Notes: generated by a model not told the origin, from the letters alone. DNA of 64,000 bases from Coriobacteriaceae bacterium (GCA_004555335.1 SFII01000001.1:5411-69410); one strand, 5' to 3'; positions 7,304-17,285 are shown, counted from the stretch's first letter. Translations and numbers: made by a program.

Positions 7304-9557
7304 GCTTGCGAATTGCCCGTGCTCGCTCGATGATGCCCTTCGGATCGATTTCCATGGACCCAACACCGAAGGACCGCTCGTTTCCATTGCCGCGCGCATG
7401 CTGGACGTTCCGGAGGGGAAGGTCCGCAGCGTGCAGGTGCTTAGGAGAAGCGTCGATGCCCGTAAGCGCTCGAACGTCCACCTGGTGCTCATGCTCGCCG
7501 TGGACCTTGCGGATCCCGCTGTCGAACGGGCCTTCATCGAATCCGGTGCCGCCCTGCCCTATGAACCCTACCGCGAGCTTGCCATCCCGCGTTTCGAAGA
7601 CGTCTCCGAAGAACGGCCCATCGTGGTGGGCTTCGGCCCGGCGGGCATGTTCTCCGCCCTTTACCTTGCCCGCGCGGGATTGCGTCCGATCGTGATCGAA
7701 CGCGGCGCCTGCGTCGAGAAGCGGCAGCAAGCGGTGCGTGCCTTCAACGAGGGGGCGGATCTTGATCCGGCATCGAACATCCAGTTCGGCGAAGGCGGTG
7801 CGGGCACCTTTTCCGACGGCAAGCTCACCACGGGAACGAAGAACCCCATGGGTCCCCACGTGCTCCGCTGGCTCTACGAGGCGGGTGCCCCCGCGGATAT
7901 CCTGATCGATGCGAAGCCCCATATAGGAAGCGATGTCCTGCCGGGCGTCGTGCGCAGCATCCGCAACCAGATCATCGACCTGGGGGGCCAGGTTCTGTTC
8001 GAGACCCGTTTGGCCGATCTGGAATTCGCCGATGGGGCGTTAAGCGCTGCCATCATCGAGGACGCGCAGGGATCGAAGCGGAGCATTCCCGCAAAAACCC
8101 TGCTTTTGGCCTGCGGCCATTCCGCGCGCGATACCTTCCGGATGCTCTACGGCCACGGGCTCATGATGGAGCAGAAGCCCTTTTCCATGGGCGTGCGCAT
8201 CGAGCATCTCCAAGATGACATGGATAAGAGCCTCTATGGCCGCTTTGCGGGGCATCCGGCCTTAGGTGCATCCGAATACAAGATGGCGGTGCATGTGGAC
8301 AAAACCCGTAGCGCCTATACCTTCTGCATGTGCCCGGGCGGCGACGTGGTCTGCGCGGCAAGCGAGGAAGGCGGCATCGTCACCAACGGCATGAGCAATC
8401 GCGCCCGCGATGGGAAAAATGCGAATGCCGCCCTGCTGGTGAATGTCGAGCCATCGGACTTCCCCGGAAGCCATCCCCTTGCCGGTGTCGATCTGCAGCG
8501 CCGGGTCGAGCGTGCGGCGTATGATGCGACGGCGCGGTCTTCCCACGGCGCTTACCGCGCTCCCGCCCAGACGGTAGGGGATTTCCTTTCCGGATCCCAC
8601 GGCAACGCGTCGAAGCGCGTTGCGCCCACCTATGCGCGGGGAGTGGAATGGGTCGACCTGCATCAGGTGCTTCCCCCCTTCGTGTGCCGGACCATGGAGC
8701 GTGCGCTTCCCCTGTTCGAGAGGAAGATATCGGGTTTCGCGTCCCCCGGCGCGGTGATGACCGCTCCGGAAACCCGCTCATCCTCGCCCGTGCGCATCTG
8801 CCGCAACCAGGCGTTCCAGGCTTACCGCGAAGACGACCCCGCCAAGCTGGGTTGCGGCATCTTCCCCTGCGGGGAGGGTCCGGGTTATGCGGGCGGCATC
8901 ATGTCCGCCGCGGCCGATGGCCTGCGTGTCGCGCAAGAGCTCGCATCCTTCGCTGCCGGGCGCGGCGATGTCGCGGATGCGGTCGAAGAGCTGCGGCGCG
9001 GGGGAACGGTACTCATGCCCACCGATACCGTCTACGGAATCGGCGTTTCGGTGCTCCATGCGGGCGTACCCGATGCGATCTTCCAGGCGAAGCGCCGTTC
9101 AGCGGGCAAGCCCGTTGCCTGGCTGGTCGATTCGGTCGAGGCGCTCGACGTCTACGGTGCCGATGTTCCCGAAGGGGTCCGGCGTCTCGCCCGCCAATGC
9201 TGGCCCGGCCCCCTGACTATCGTGGTCAAGGCCTCCCCGTCCGTTCCCGCTGCGTTTGCGAGCGGGGAGGGGACTATCGGGCTTCGCATGCCTGCGAACC
9301 AAACCGCCCTGCGCCTGATCAGGGGCGCAGGATCGCCCTTGGCGGTCAGTTCCGCGAACCTGTCCGGCTGCGAGGCGCCCAAGGATGCCGCCTCCGTGCC
9401 GCAGGAACTCGCCTCGAGCGTCGGTGCGTGCGTCGAGGATTCCGAAAAGAAGAGCGGGCTTGCCTCGACGGTCGTCAGCTGCGTGGATGGGCAGCTTCGC
9501 GTCTTGCGCGAGGGAGCCGTGGGTATCGATCTGATCAGGGAAATCATGCAGGCATAG
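7296..9557 (+). CDS. fusion protein: COG2509-type FAD-dependent protein (N) plus L-threonylcarbamoyladenylate synthase TsaC/YrdC domain (C)
   Basis: ATG 7296 overlaps the upstream stop. N-terminal part: VLRRSVDARK, GFGPAGMFSALYLARAG, GEGPGYAGGIMSAAADG. From about 8965 to the stop: VLMPTDTVYGIGV...GKPVAWLV...WPGPLTIVV...IGLRMP...PLAVSSANLSG, a YrdC-fold signature. There is no in-frame stop or start at the junction. Confidence 0.8.
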   Translation: MIRLANCPCSLDDALRIDFHGPNTEGPLVSIAARMLDVPEGKVRSVQVLRRSVDARKRSNVHLVLMLAVDLADPAVERAFIESGAALPYEPYRELAIPRFEDVSEERPIVVGFGPAGMFSALYLARAGLRPIVIERGACVEKRQQAVRAFNEGADLDPASNIQFGEGGAGTFSDGKLTTGTKNPMGPHVLRWLYEAGAPADILIDAKPHIGSDVLPGVVRSIRNQIIDLGGQVLFETRLADLEFADGALSAAIIEDAQGSKRSIPAKTLLLACGHSARDTFRMLYGHGLMMEQKPFSMGVRIEHLQDDMDKSLYGRFAGHPALGASEYKMAVHVDKTRSAYTFCMCPGGDVVCAASEEGGIVTNGMSNRARDGKNANAALLVNVEPSDFPGSHPLAGVDLQRRVERAAYDATARSSHGAYRAPAQTVGDFLSGSHGNASKRVAPTYARGVEWVDLHQVLPPFVCRTMERALPLFERKISGFASPGAVMTAPETRSSSPVRICRNQAFQAYREDDPAKLGCGIFPCGEGPGYAGGIMSAAADGLRVAQELASFAAGRGDVADAVEELRRGGTVLMPTDTVYGIGVSVLHAGVPDAIFQAKRRSAGKPVAWLVDSVEALDVYGADVPEGVRRLARQCWPGPLTIVVKASPSVPAAFASGEGTIGLRMPANQTALRLIRGAGSPLAVSSANLSGCEAPKDAASVPQELASSVGACVEDSEKKSGLASTVVSCVDGQLRVLREGAVGIDLIREIMQA

Positions 9558-9575
9558 GGCCTGCTGCAAGGAGAG

Positions 9576-10550
9576 ATGATGAGCGAATCCCGGATTATGG
9601 GCGGTTCGGTCCGCCGAAGCGAATTCTTCTTCCCCTCGAGTTTGGAGGGGTATTCCATCCACGCCGTGAAGTGGGAGCCTGCAGATGGCAGGGCGTTCGG
9701 CGTGGTCCAGCTCATCCATGGGATGGAAGAGCACATCGGGCGCTACGACGACTTCGCGCGGTTTTTGGCCATGCGGGGATTCGTCGTGTGCGGTTCGAGC
9801 CATATCGGACATGGCAGGAGCGTGCCTTCGCCAGATCGCATAAGCTGCCTGCCGGAACACGGCGCGCAGGTCATGCTGTCCGACGTCCATACGCTCAGGA
9901 AGAGGATGTCTTCCGAATATCCCGACCTGCCATATGCGATGTTCGGCCATTCCATGGGAAGCTTCCTTCTGCGCGTCTACCTCGCGCGCTTCGGGGAAGG
10001 GCTTGCCGGCGCCATCGTGTGCGGTACCGGGCAGCAGCCTCCTTTGGCGGCGAGATGCGCCAACGCGATCGCCCGGGGGATCGGCCGCACGAAGGGTTTC
10101 GACTACAAGAGCGCGATGCTCGACAAGCTGGTAACGGGGTCTTTCGCCAAGGGTGTGGAAAATCCCAGGACCGCCTTCGATTGGCTTTCCTGCGATCCGT
10201 CCGTGGTAGACGAATACATCGCCGATCCCGCATGCGGCGTGATGTTCTCTGCGGGGGGATACGCGTCGCTCACCGACCTGGTTGCCGAGGCGGCCGGCAA
10301 GGCGTGCGCCTCGCGAGTACCCGATGGCCTGCCCGTGTTGTTCATCGCCGGTGCGAAGGACCCTGTGGGCGACTTCGGGAAAGGGCCCGCTGCTGCGGCG
10401 GAGATGATGGACGGGGTATCGCGGGCAGATGTCTCCCTTATCATCTACGAGGAGATGCGCCACGAGATCCTGAACGAGCCCGATCGCATTTCCGTGTATT
10501 TCGATGCGCTCCGCTTCATCGAAGCGGCATGTGGAAAGGTGTCCCGATGA
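9576..10550 (+). CDS. alpha/beta hydrolase (lysophospholipase / monoacylglycerol lipase-like)
   Basis: RBS AAGGAGAG. Nucleophile elbow is GHSMGS. The HGMEEH and EEMRHEI patterns are typical of the lysophospholipase family. Confidence 0.8.
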   Translation: MMSESRIMGGSVRRSEFFFPSSLEGYSIHAVKWEPADGRAFGVVQLIHGMEEHIGRYDDFARFLAMRGFVVCGSSHIGHGRSVPSPDRISCLPEHGAQVMLSDVHTLRKRMSSEYPDLPYAMFGHSMGSFLLRVYLARFGEGLAGAIVCGTGQQPPLAARCANAIARGIGRTKGFDYKSAMLDKLVTGSFAKGVENPRTAFDWLSCDPSVVDEYIADPACGVMFSAGGYASLTDLVAEAAGKACASRVPDGLPVLFIAGAKDPVGDFGKGPAAAAEMMDGVSRADVSLIIYEEMRHEILNEPDRISVYFDALRFIEAACGKVSR

Positions 10551-12088
10551 CGTACGTTATCGCCCTCGACCAGGGAACCACTTCGTCGCGTGCCCTGCTG
10601 GTCGATCATGATTCGGTGGTGCGGGGGGTTGCCCAGAAGCCCTTCGCGCAGCATTTCCCCCAGCCCGGCTGGGTCGAGCACGATCCCTTCGACATCCTGG
10701 AAACGCAGATCGGGGTGTTGAACGATCTGATGGATAGGGAGGGTCTGGGTCCCGACGACATCGAATGCATCGGCATCACCAACCAGAGGGAAACCACCAT
10801 GCTCTGGGACAGGCGCACGGGTGACCCGGTGTGCAACGCCATCGTGTGGCAATGCAGGCGCACGGCCGATATCGTGGAAGCGGTCTGCGCCGAGCGCGGG
10901 GTTGCGGACTACATCACGGCCACGACGGGTCTTGTTCCCGATGCGTATTTTTCGGCCAGCAAGGTGAAGTGGATCTTGGATAACGTGCCCGGCGCGCGCG
11001 AGGCAGCGCAGATGGGCGATCTGCTGTTCGGCACCGTCGATACCTGGCTGATCTGGAACCTGACCGGCGGCAAGGTGCATGCGACGGATTACACCAATGC
11101 GAGCAGGACCATGCTCTTCGACATCCATAAGGGTTGCTGGGACGAAAGGCTCTGCCGGATGTTCGGCATCCCCATGCATGTCCTGCCCGAGGTGCGCCGC
11201 TCGTCGGATTGCTACGGGGTGACGGCATCGGAGGCGCCGGCGTCGCATCGCGGGCTCACCGGTCGCGGGCGGGATCTTCCCCGCATCCCGCAGGGCATCC
11301 GCATCTGCGGTGTTGCGGGCGACCAGCAGGCGGCCCTGTTCGGCCAGTGCTGCACCAGCGCGGGCAGGGCGAAGAACACCTACGGGACGGGTTGCTTCCT
11401 GCTCATGCATACGGGCAAGGTGGCGGTTTCTTCCCGCAACAACCTGATCACCACCATCGCCGCGAGTGCGCCGGGTGCCGAAGGACTGGAATACGCCCTC
11501 GAGGGGAGCGTGTTCATGGCAGGCGCCCTCATCCAGTGGCTTCGCGACGAGCTGGGTCTGATCGAATCGGTGGAGGAAAGCGAGCAGATGGCCTTGAGCG
11601 TGCCCGATTCCGCCGGCGTGTTCATCGTTCCGGCGTTCACGGGCCTGGGCGCTCCCTATTGGGATGCCGAAGCGCGCGGGGCGATTTACGGGCTCACGCG
11701 CGGCGCGCGCAGGGAGCACATCGTCAGGGCGGCGCTGGAATCGCTCGCCTTCCAGGTGAATGACCTGATCAGGGGGATGGAAGACGACGCCGGCTGCTGC
11801 TTGGAGCTTCTCGCCGTGGATGGCGGCGCGAGCCGCAACAACTTCCTCATGCAGTTCCAAAGCGACATCCTGCGCACCAGGCTGCAAAGGCCCGTCTCCA
11901 CCGAAACCACCGCCTTGGGCGCGGCATATCTTGCCGGTTTGCAGACGGGTTTCTGGCAAGATATGGGTGAGATATGCGCGCGGCGTTCGATCGAGCGCGA
12001 ATTCACGCCCGGGATGGATGCGTGCACCAGGGATGCGGCGGTGATGAAGTGGTCCCGCTGCATCGAGCGCACCCGGAGCACTTACTGA
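10547..12088 (+). CDS. glpK: glycerol kinase
   Basis: MTYVIALDQGTTSSRALL, GITNQRETT and GVAGDQQAALFGQ are all present. The ATG overlaps the hydrolase stop (ATGA). The listed 1146-aa ORF is upstream read-through of this frame. Confidence 0.95.
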   Translation: MTYVIALDQGTTSSRALLVDHDSVVRGVAQKPFAQHFPQPGWVEHDPFDILETQIGVLNDLMDREGLGPDDIECIGITNQRETTMLWDRRTGDPVCNAIVWQCRRTADIVEAVCAERGVADYITATTGLVPDAYFSASKVKWILDNVPGAREAAQMGDLLFGTVDTWLIWNLTGGKVHATDYTNASRTMLFDIHKGCWDERLCRMFGIPMHVLPEVRRSSDCYGVTASEAPASHRGLTGRGRDLPRIPQGIRICGVAGDQQAALFGQCCTSAGRAKNTYGTGCFLLMHTGKVAVSSRNNLITTIAASAPGAEGLEYALEGSVFMAGALIQWLRDELGLIESVEESEQMALSVPDSAGVFIVPAFTGLGAPYWDAEARGAIYGLTRGARREHIVRAALESLAFQVNDLIRGMEDDAGCCLELLAVDGGASRNNFLMQFQSDILRTRLQRPVSTETTALGAAYLAGLQTGFWQDMGEICARRSIEREFTPGMDACTRDAAVMKWSRCIERTRSTY

Positions 12089-12122
12089 AGGACATGCGGA
12101 CTCTAAGGAAAGGGTACCTGAA

Positions 12123-12557
12123 ATGAAGATCTCAATCGGAAGCGACCACGCAGGGTTCGAGCAGAAGGAGCTGCTCAAGGCCTATCTGGAAGAACTCGGG
12201 CATGAAGTGGTCGACCGCGGCTGCTACAGCGAGGAGCGTGTGGATTATCCCGACCATGCCGTTCCCGTGGCGGAGGATGTTGCCCAGGGCGACTCCGAGC
12301 GGGGCGTTCTGGTGTGCGGCACGGGCATCGGAATGGCGCTTGCTGCGGACAAGGTGGCCGGCATCCGCGCTGCGAACATCATCAATCCCCAGTTCGCCCA
12401 ACTGTGCCGCGAGCACAACGACTGCAACGTCATCACCTTGTCGGGAAGGTTCGTCGAGTTTGAAGAGAACAAGAGGATCCTCGATGCGTTTCTGACCACC
12501 GAATTCGGCGGTGGCCGACACGCGGGGAGGGTTTGCAAGATTATGGAGCTCGATTAA
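12123..12557 (+). CDS. rpiB: ribose-5-phosphate isomerase B
   Basis: MKISIGSDHAGF...VLVCGTGIGMALAADKV is the RpiB/LacAB signature. Confidence 0.95.
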   Translation: MKISIGSDHAGFEQKELLKAYLEELGHEVVDRGCYSEERVDYPDHAVPVAEDVAQGDSERGVLVCGTGIGMALAADKVAGIRAANIINPQFAQLCREHNDCNVITLSGRFVEFEENKRILDAFLTTEFGGGRHAGRVCKIMELD

Positions 12558-12621
12558 CCCTTCCGTTATCTTCGGGCGATAGAATCGCAACAACGAATGT
12601 CATCTGGCCAAGGAGGATGCC

Positions 12622-13875
12622 ATGTCCCTGAATTACGTATCCCAGTCCGATCCTGCGGTTGCCGCGGCCCTTTGCGCGGAACTCGACCGCCAGCGCACCA
12701 GCATCGAACTGATCGCTTCCGAGAACTTCACTTCCCCTGCGGTAATGGAGGCCGTGGGAAGCGTGCTCACCAATAAGTACGCCGAAGGCTATCCCGGCAA
12801 GCGCTATTACGGCGGCTGCGAGAAGGTCGACCTTGTGGAAGACCTTGCACGCGATCGCGCGAAGGAATTGTTCGGTGCGGGTTTCGCCAACGTGCAGCCC
12901 CATTCCGGCGCCCAGGCGAACTACGCCGCATACGCCGCGATGATCCAGCCCGGCGATACCATCCTGGGCATGAGCCTGGACAACGGCGGGCATCTTACCC
13001 ACGGATCCCCCGCGAACTTCTCGGGCAAACTGTACAACGTCGTCGCCTACGGCTTGAATGAGGAAGAGCGCCTGGATTACGACGAGCTGGAGCGCTTGGC
13101 GAAGGAGCACCGCCCCAAGCTCATCGTCGCCGGCGCCTCCGCGTATCCGCGTATCATCGACTTCGAGCGTATCGGCAATATCGCCCGCGAAGTCGGCGCC
13201 CTGCTGATGGTCGACATGGCCCACATCGCAGGCTTGGTTGCGACCGGTGCGCATCCCAGTCCCGTTCCCCATGCCGACGTGGTCACCACCACCACCCATA
13301 AGACCCTGCGCGGACCCCGCGGCGGCCTGATCCTCACCAACGACGAGGCCCTGGCCAAGAAGCTCAACTCCGCGGTCTTTCCCGGATCCCAGGGCGGTCC
13401 CCTCATGCACGTCATCGCAGGCAAGGCGGTGGCGCTGGGCGAGGCCCTGAAGCCCGAATACAAGACCTACATCGACAACGTCGTCGCGAATTGCGCGCGT
13501 ATGGGCGAGGGCATGGTCGAAGGCGGCCTTCGCCTGGTCACCGGCGGCACCGACAACCATCTGTGCCTGGTCGACCTCACCAATGCGGGAATCACCGGCA
13601 AGGATGCCGAAAAGATCCTGGAGTCCGTCGGCCTGACCGTCAATAAGAACACCATCCCCAACGAGCCGCTTTCGCCCTTCGTGACCAGCGGCATCCGCGT
13701 GGGTTCTGCGGCGGCGACCACCCGCGGCTTGACCGAGGAAGATTTCTACCAGGTGGGCTTGGCTATCGCCGAGGCGGTCTTCAATGCGGGCGATGAAGCC
13801 CGTCTGGAGCAGATCGCCAAGCGCATGGATGCCATCATCCAGGCGCATCCGCTCTATCCTCAGATCACTTACTAG
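12622..13875 (+). CDS. glyA: serine hydroxymethyltransferase
   Basis: [34 protein letters not shown] and [14 protein letters not shown] (PLP lysine motif) are present. Confidence 0.97.
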   Translation: MSLNYVSQSDPAVAAALCAELDRQRTSIELIASENFTSPAVMEAVGSVLTNKYAEGYPGKRYYGGCEKVDLVEDLARDRAKELFGAGFANVQPHSGAQANYAAYAAMIQPGDTILGMSLDNGGHLTHGSPANFSGKLYNVVAYGLNEEERLDYDELERLAKEHRPKLIVAGASAYPRIIDFERIGNIAREVGALLMVDMAHIAGLVATGAHPSPVPHADVVTTTTHKTLRGPRGGLILTNDEALAKKLNSAVFPGSQGGPLMHVIAGKAVALGEALKPEYKTYIDNVVANCARMGEGMVEGGLRLVTGGTDNHLCLVDLTNAGITGKDAEKILESVGLTVNKNTIPNEPLSPFVTSGIRVGSAAATTRGLTEEDFYQVGLAIAEAVFNAGDEARLEQIAKRMDAIIQAHPLYPQITY

Positions 13876-13957
13876 GGATACAATCGGAAAACCAATTCGA
13901 TTCACCAGGCGCCCCGGGCTTCGACTCGGGGCGCTTCCCGATAGAAAGGGCGAAGCG

Positions 13958-14449
13958 ATGGGTGTCGAATCCCCGAAAACAGCCAATATTCCCGTTCCGG
14001 AAAACCGTCCCAGCTGGGATGAGTATTTCATGACCCTCGCAGAGCAGGTCGCGACAAGGACGACGTGCTTGCGCAGAGCGGTCGGCGCGGTCATTGTGAA
14101 GGATAAGAGAATCCTCGCAACGGGTTACAACGGGGTGCCCTCGGGCTTGCGCCATTGCTGCGAAACGGGTTGCCTCAGGCAGCAACTGGGCATCCCAAGC
14201 GGGCAGCGGCATGAGATCTGCCGCGGGTTGCACGCGGAGCAGAATGCCATCGTGCAGGCAGCGCGATACGGGATAGATATCTCCGGTTCCACGATGTACG
14301 TCAATACGCAGCCATGCGTGGTATGCGCGAAGATGCTCATCAATGCAGGTGTCGAGGAGATAGTGTATTCGAACCCATATCCCGATGAGCTCTCGATGGA
14401 ACTGCTGGAAGAATCGGGGGTTCGCTTAAGGATGTTCAGCCGCGAATAG
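13958..14449 (+). CDS. dCMP deaminase (ComEB-type)
   Basis: WDEYFM...GYNG...GLHAEQNAI...[10 protein letters not shown] is the cytidine/deoxycytidylate deaminase zinc motif. Start placed at ATG 13958. Confidence 0.85.
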   Translation: MGVESPKTANIPVPENRPSWDEYFMTLAEQVATRTTCLRRAVGAVIVKDKRILATGYNGVPSGLRHCCETGCLRQQLGIPSGQRHEICRGLHAEQNAIVQAARYGIDISGSTMYVNTQPCVVCAKMLINAGVEEIVYSNPYPDELSMELLEESGVRLRMFSRE

Positions 14450-14501
14450 GCGGCAAGCGACGAGCTGGCGGGATATGTCAGCCGCAAGGAGAAGTCAATC
14501 C

Positions 14502-14529
14502 TTTACAGCGTAAACGGTTGGGATATTAT
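14502..14529 (+). promoter_or_regulatory. candidate sigma70-type promoter of the atp operon
   Basis: -35 TTTACA (14502-14507), 16-nt spacer, -10 TATTAT (14524-14529), in a locally AT-rich intergenic region. Confidence 0.4.
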
Positions 14530-14588
14530 AACAATGTATTGCTATAGGGAGATGTGCGCAAAAAGCGCTTGGTAAATGAGAGTGGAGT

Positions 14589-14873
14589 ATGGTAATCGCA
14601 GTAATTGCAGCTCTTCTGGTCAGTATCCTGAGCCTCGTCCCCTTCTGGGTAGCGGTAAAAAGGGTGCGTCTGATCAATGAGACGGCATCGGCCGGCGTGC
14701 TCGGTCCCTTCCTGCTTACGATTGCAATCTCCTTCCTCATCCTGCTCGCGGGAATCGTGCTCTGCAAGCTCATTGCGGCAGATTATCAAGTGGTATACTC
14801 GCTCACTGAACTTATAGCATTCACGGTTGGCGTGGTTGTTATGGGCTTGCTGATCAAGCAGCGCCAGAAATAG
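14589..14873 (+). CDS. small membrane protein in the atpI position (AtpI-like)
   Basis: 94 aa with three predicted hydrophobic helices and an RBS GTGGAG. It is the first gene of the atp cluster. No sequence motif was recognised. Confidence 0.5.
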   Translation: MVIAVIAALLVSILSLVPFWVAVKRVRLINETASAGVLGPFLLTIAISFLILLAGIVLCKLIAADYQVVYSLTELIAFTVGVVVMGLLIKQRQK

Positions 14874-14890
14874 AAAAAAAGGAGAGTAGC

Positions 14891-15700
14891 ATGGCTTTTG
14901 AGCTTACGGGTAATCCGCTTGCGGATATCGCAGCCCCGATCGAAGAGCTGAGCGAATCGTTCAATTCGACATTCGTGGTCAGCTTCGGTAACGGCATCGG
15001 CCTCACCCAGTACACCGCGTGGATGATCCTCATCAGCATTGTCGTGCTGGCAGTGGTCCTGGTGGGTGTGCGCAAGGTGCAGGTTGTCCCCAAGGGCAAG
15101 TTCGCAGGACTGATCGACTGGGGATACGACGCGGTTTGCCGCAATATGGGCGAAGGTGCTATCGGCCATGGCTGGAAGAAGCACATCCCCTTCCTGGCGA
15201 CCCTGTTCTTCTTCATCCTGATCAGCAACATCATCGGCCTGATCCCCGGCGCTAAGACCCCCACCGGCTCCCTCAGCGTCACTTGGGCACTGGCTCTTAT
15301 TTCCTTCGTATACTTCAACGCATACGGCATCAAGGCAAAGGGCGGCCTGGGCTACATCAAGTCCATCGCTCCTTCCGGTCTGCCCAAGCCCATGGTTCCG
15401 GTTATCTGGTTCTTCGAATTCTTCTCCCTGGTCATCCGCCTGCTTACCCTGGCCGTTCGACTCTACGGCAACATGTTCGCAGGCCACATGATCCTGGGTA
15501 TCTTCGCCATCATGACCCAGTTCTTCATCCTGGAAGTGGCAATGGCCGGCGCAAGCGTCGTCGTTGCACTGCCCTCCATCGCATGGGCGCTCTTCCTGCT
15601 GGTTATGTATGCGCTCGAATGCCTGGTTGCATTCCTTCAGGCATACGTCTTCACCATCCTGTCGGCCGTGTACGTCGGCCTGGCAACCTCTTCCCACTAA
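14891..15700 (+). CDS. atpB: F0F1 ATP synthase subunit a
   Basis: LTLAVRLYGNMFAGH is the conserved a-subunit Arg motif. The protein is multi-TM with RBS AAGGAGAG. Confidence 0.95.
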   Translation: MAFELTGNPLADIAAPIEELSESFNSTFVVSFGNGIGLTQYTAWMILISIVVLAVVLVGVRKVQVVPKGKFAGLIDWGYDAVCRNMGEGAIGHGWKKHIPFLATLFFFILISNIIGLIPGAKTPTGSLSVTWALALISFVYFNAYGIKAKGGLGYIKSIAPSGLPKPMVPVIWFFEFFSLVIRLLTLAVRLYGNMFAGHMILGIFAIMTQFFILEVAMAGASVVVALPSIAWALFLLVMYALECLVAFLQAYVFTILSAVYVGLATSSH

Positions 15701-15848
15701 AAGGCATCGGCCTTTCAATTGGGTAAGATTTCGAGCGGGAGATTCTCCCGCTCATAGTTTCGGCTTTATCCGGCACGAGTGAGCCGGTTAGGCATAGTGG
15801 TAATTGTTTTTGGGAAAGCCCCGAAAACGACAAAAGGAGGAAAACGTT

Positions 15849-16067
15849 ATGGAAACCACCTTCATCATCGCAGCATTGAAGGTCGTCGGCTACGGCCTTG
15901 GCACCATCGGCCCTGGCATCGGTCTTGGTCTTTGCGGTTATGGTCTGTGCGTAGGCTCTGCACGTCAGCCCGAACTCGCTGGCAAGCTGTTCACCAACGC
16001 CCTGATCTTCGGCGCACTCGCAGAAGCACTCGCCCTGATCGGCTTCGTTCTTACCTTCATCTTCTAA
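15849..16067 (+). CDS. atpE: F0F1 ATP synthase subunit c
   Basis: 72-aa hairpin protein with SARQPE in the loop and a carboxylate in GALAEALALIGF. RBS AAAGGAGGA. Confidence 0.93.
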   Translation: METTFIIAALKVVGYGLGTIGPGIGLGLCGYGLCVGSARQPELAGKLFTNALIFGALAEALALIGFVLTFIF

Positions 16068-16114
16068 AAAAGCTTAGTGTTGAATTGCATTTAGCTAAGA
16101 AAGAAGGTGGATAC

Positions 16115-16717
16115 GTGAAAAAGACGAAGCTGGTAAAGGTAGGCACCGCTGCAGCAGCGTTCGCTGCGCTTCAGTGCGCTTTCCCCGTCCTCGCATTCGC
16201 CTCTGAGAAGGAAGGCATCGCGGTTCTCATCCCCGATATGAACGAGTTCATTCCCATGCTCGTCGCCTTCCTTATCATTCTCGCCGTTCTGGCGAAGCTC
16301 GGCTGGCCTGTAATCGATAACATTATCACCAAGCGTGAGACCACGATTACCGAGGCACTGAAGAAGTCCGAGGAAGCCCAGGTAGAAAGCGAGCGTGTGC
16401 TTGCCGAGTACCGCAAGCAGCTGGCTGACGCGAAGGCTCAGTCCGCCCAGATCATCGCTGACGCTCGCGCCACCGGTGAATCTGTCAAGGCTGACATCAC
16501 CGCTAAGGCACAGGCTGAGGCAGCGGACATGATCGAAAAGGCCCGCGGCGCCATCGAAGCCGAGAAGAAGGCTGCAATCGCCGAACTTCAGAGCTCTGTG
16601 GCAGAGACCTCCATTGCTGTTGCATCCAAGGTTATCGGTGCGGACCTCAGCGACGATGAGCATCGTCAGCTCATCGAGCGCTACGTAAACGAGGCGGGTA
16701 GTTTCAATGCCAACTAA
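16115..16717 (+). CDS. atpF: F0F1 ATP synthase subunit b
   Basis: GTG start after GAAGGTGGA. A TM segment is followed by a long charged coiled region (ITKRETTITEALKKSEEAQVE...). There is an N-terminal signal-like extension. Confidence 0.85.
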   Translation: MKKTKLVKVGTAAAAFAALQCAFPVLAFASEKEGIAVLIPDMNEFIPMLVAFLIILAVLAKLGWPVIDNIITKRETTITEALKKSEEAQVESERVLAEYRKQLADAKAQSAQIIADARATGESVKADITAKAQAEAADMIEKARGAIEAEKKAAIAELQSSVAETSIAVASKVIGADLSDDEHRQLIERYVNEAGSFNAN

Positions 16718-17267
16718 CCGTCACACCGCAAAAGCCGAAGCCGAGCTGTACGCAACGACGCTTCTGGAAGCCCTGAATAACGAGGGCGGGCTTGACGCTG
16801 TCATGAACGGCCGTACCCAGATCGACACGATTATCAGGTACGCCCGTGCAAATGCCCAGCTCAACGAAGTTATGGCGGATTCCAGCATTGCGCCGGAGCA
16901 GCGCGCACAGCTCGTCAAGCGAGTATTCGCAGATTGCGAGCCCGCTTTGGTGAGCGTGCTCGCCGTTATGGCAGAGCGTGGCGATTTCTCCAGGTTGAAC
17001 CGTATCTGGGACATCTACGATGCCAAGATCAGGGAAAAGTTCAACGTGTGCGTGGTTGACGTTGTCACCCGCGTGGCGCTTGACGATCACCTGCGAGAAG
17101 TAATCAAGAACAAGGCCGGCAAGGATCTTGGTTGCGATGTTGTCCTCAACGAGAGCATCGACACCAGCCTCCTGGGCGGCATCATCATGAGCGCCAATGG
17201 GCAGCGCATCGATGCAAGTGTGAACACTATGCTCGACAACGCTCGTACAGCGCTGAAGAAAAATTAA
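16707..17267 (+). CDS. atpH: F0F1 ATP synthase subunit delta
   Basis: Position between atpF and atpA, OSCP-like length, and GGIIMSANGQRIDASV near the C-terminus. Confidence 0.85.
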   Translation: MPTNRHTAKAEAELYATTLLEALNNEGGLDAVMNGRTQIDTIIRYARANAQLNEVMADSSIAPEQRAQLVKRVFADCEPALVSVLAVMAERGDFSRLNRIWDIYDAKIREKFNVCVVDVVTRVALDDHLREVIKNKAGKDLGCDVVLNESIDTSLLGGIIMSANGQRIDASVNTMLDNARTALKKN

Positions 17268-17285
17268 CGATGGAGGTGAATGTAA

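Noticed and set aside
8648-10546. The upstream two-thirds of the listed 1146-aa plus-strand ORF
   Set aside because: This is the glpK frame reading through the preceding genes. The Arg/Gly/Ala-rich translation has no similarity, and it overlaps the well-supported TsaC fusion and hydrolase frames. Only 10547-12088 is GlpK.
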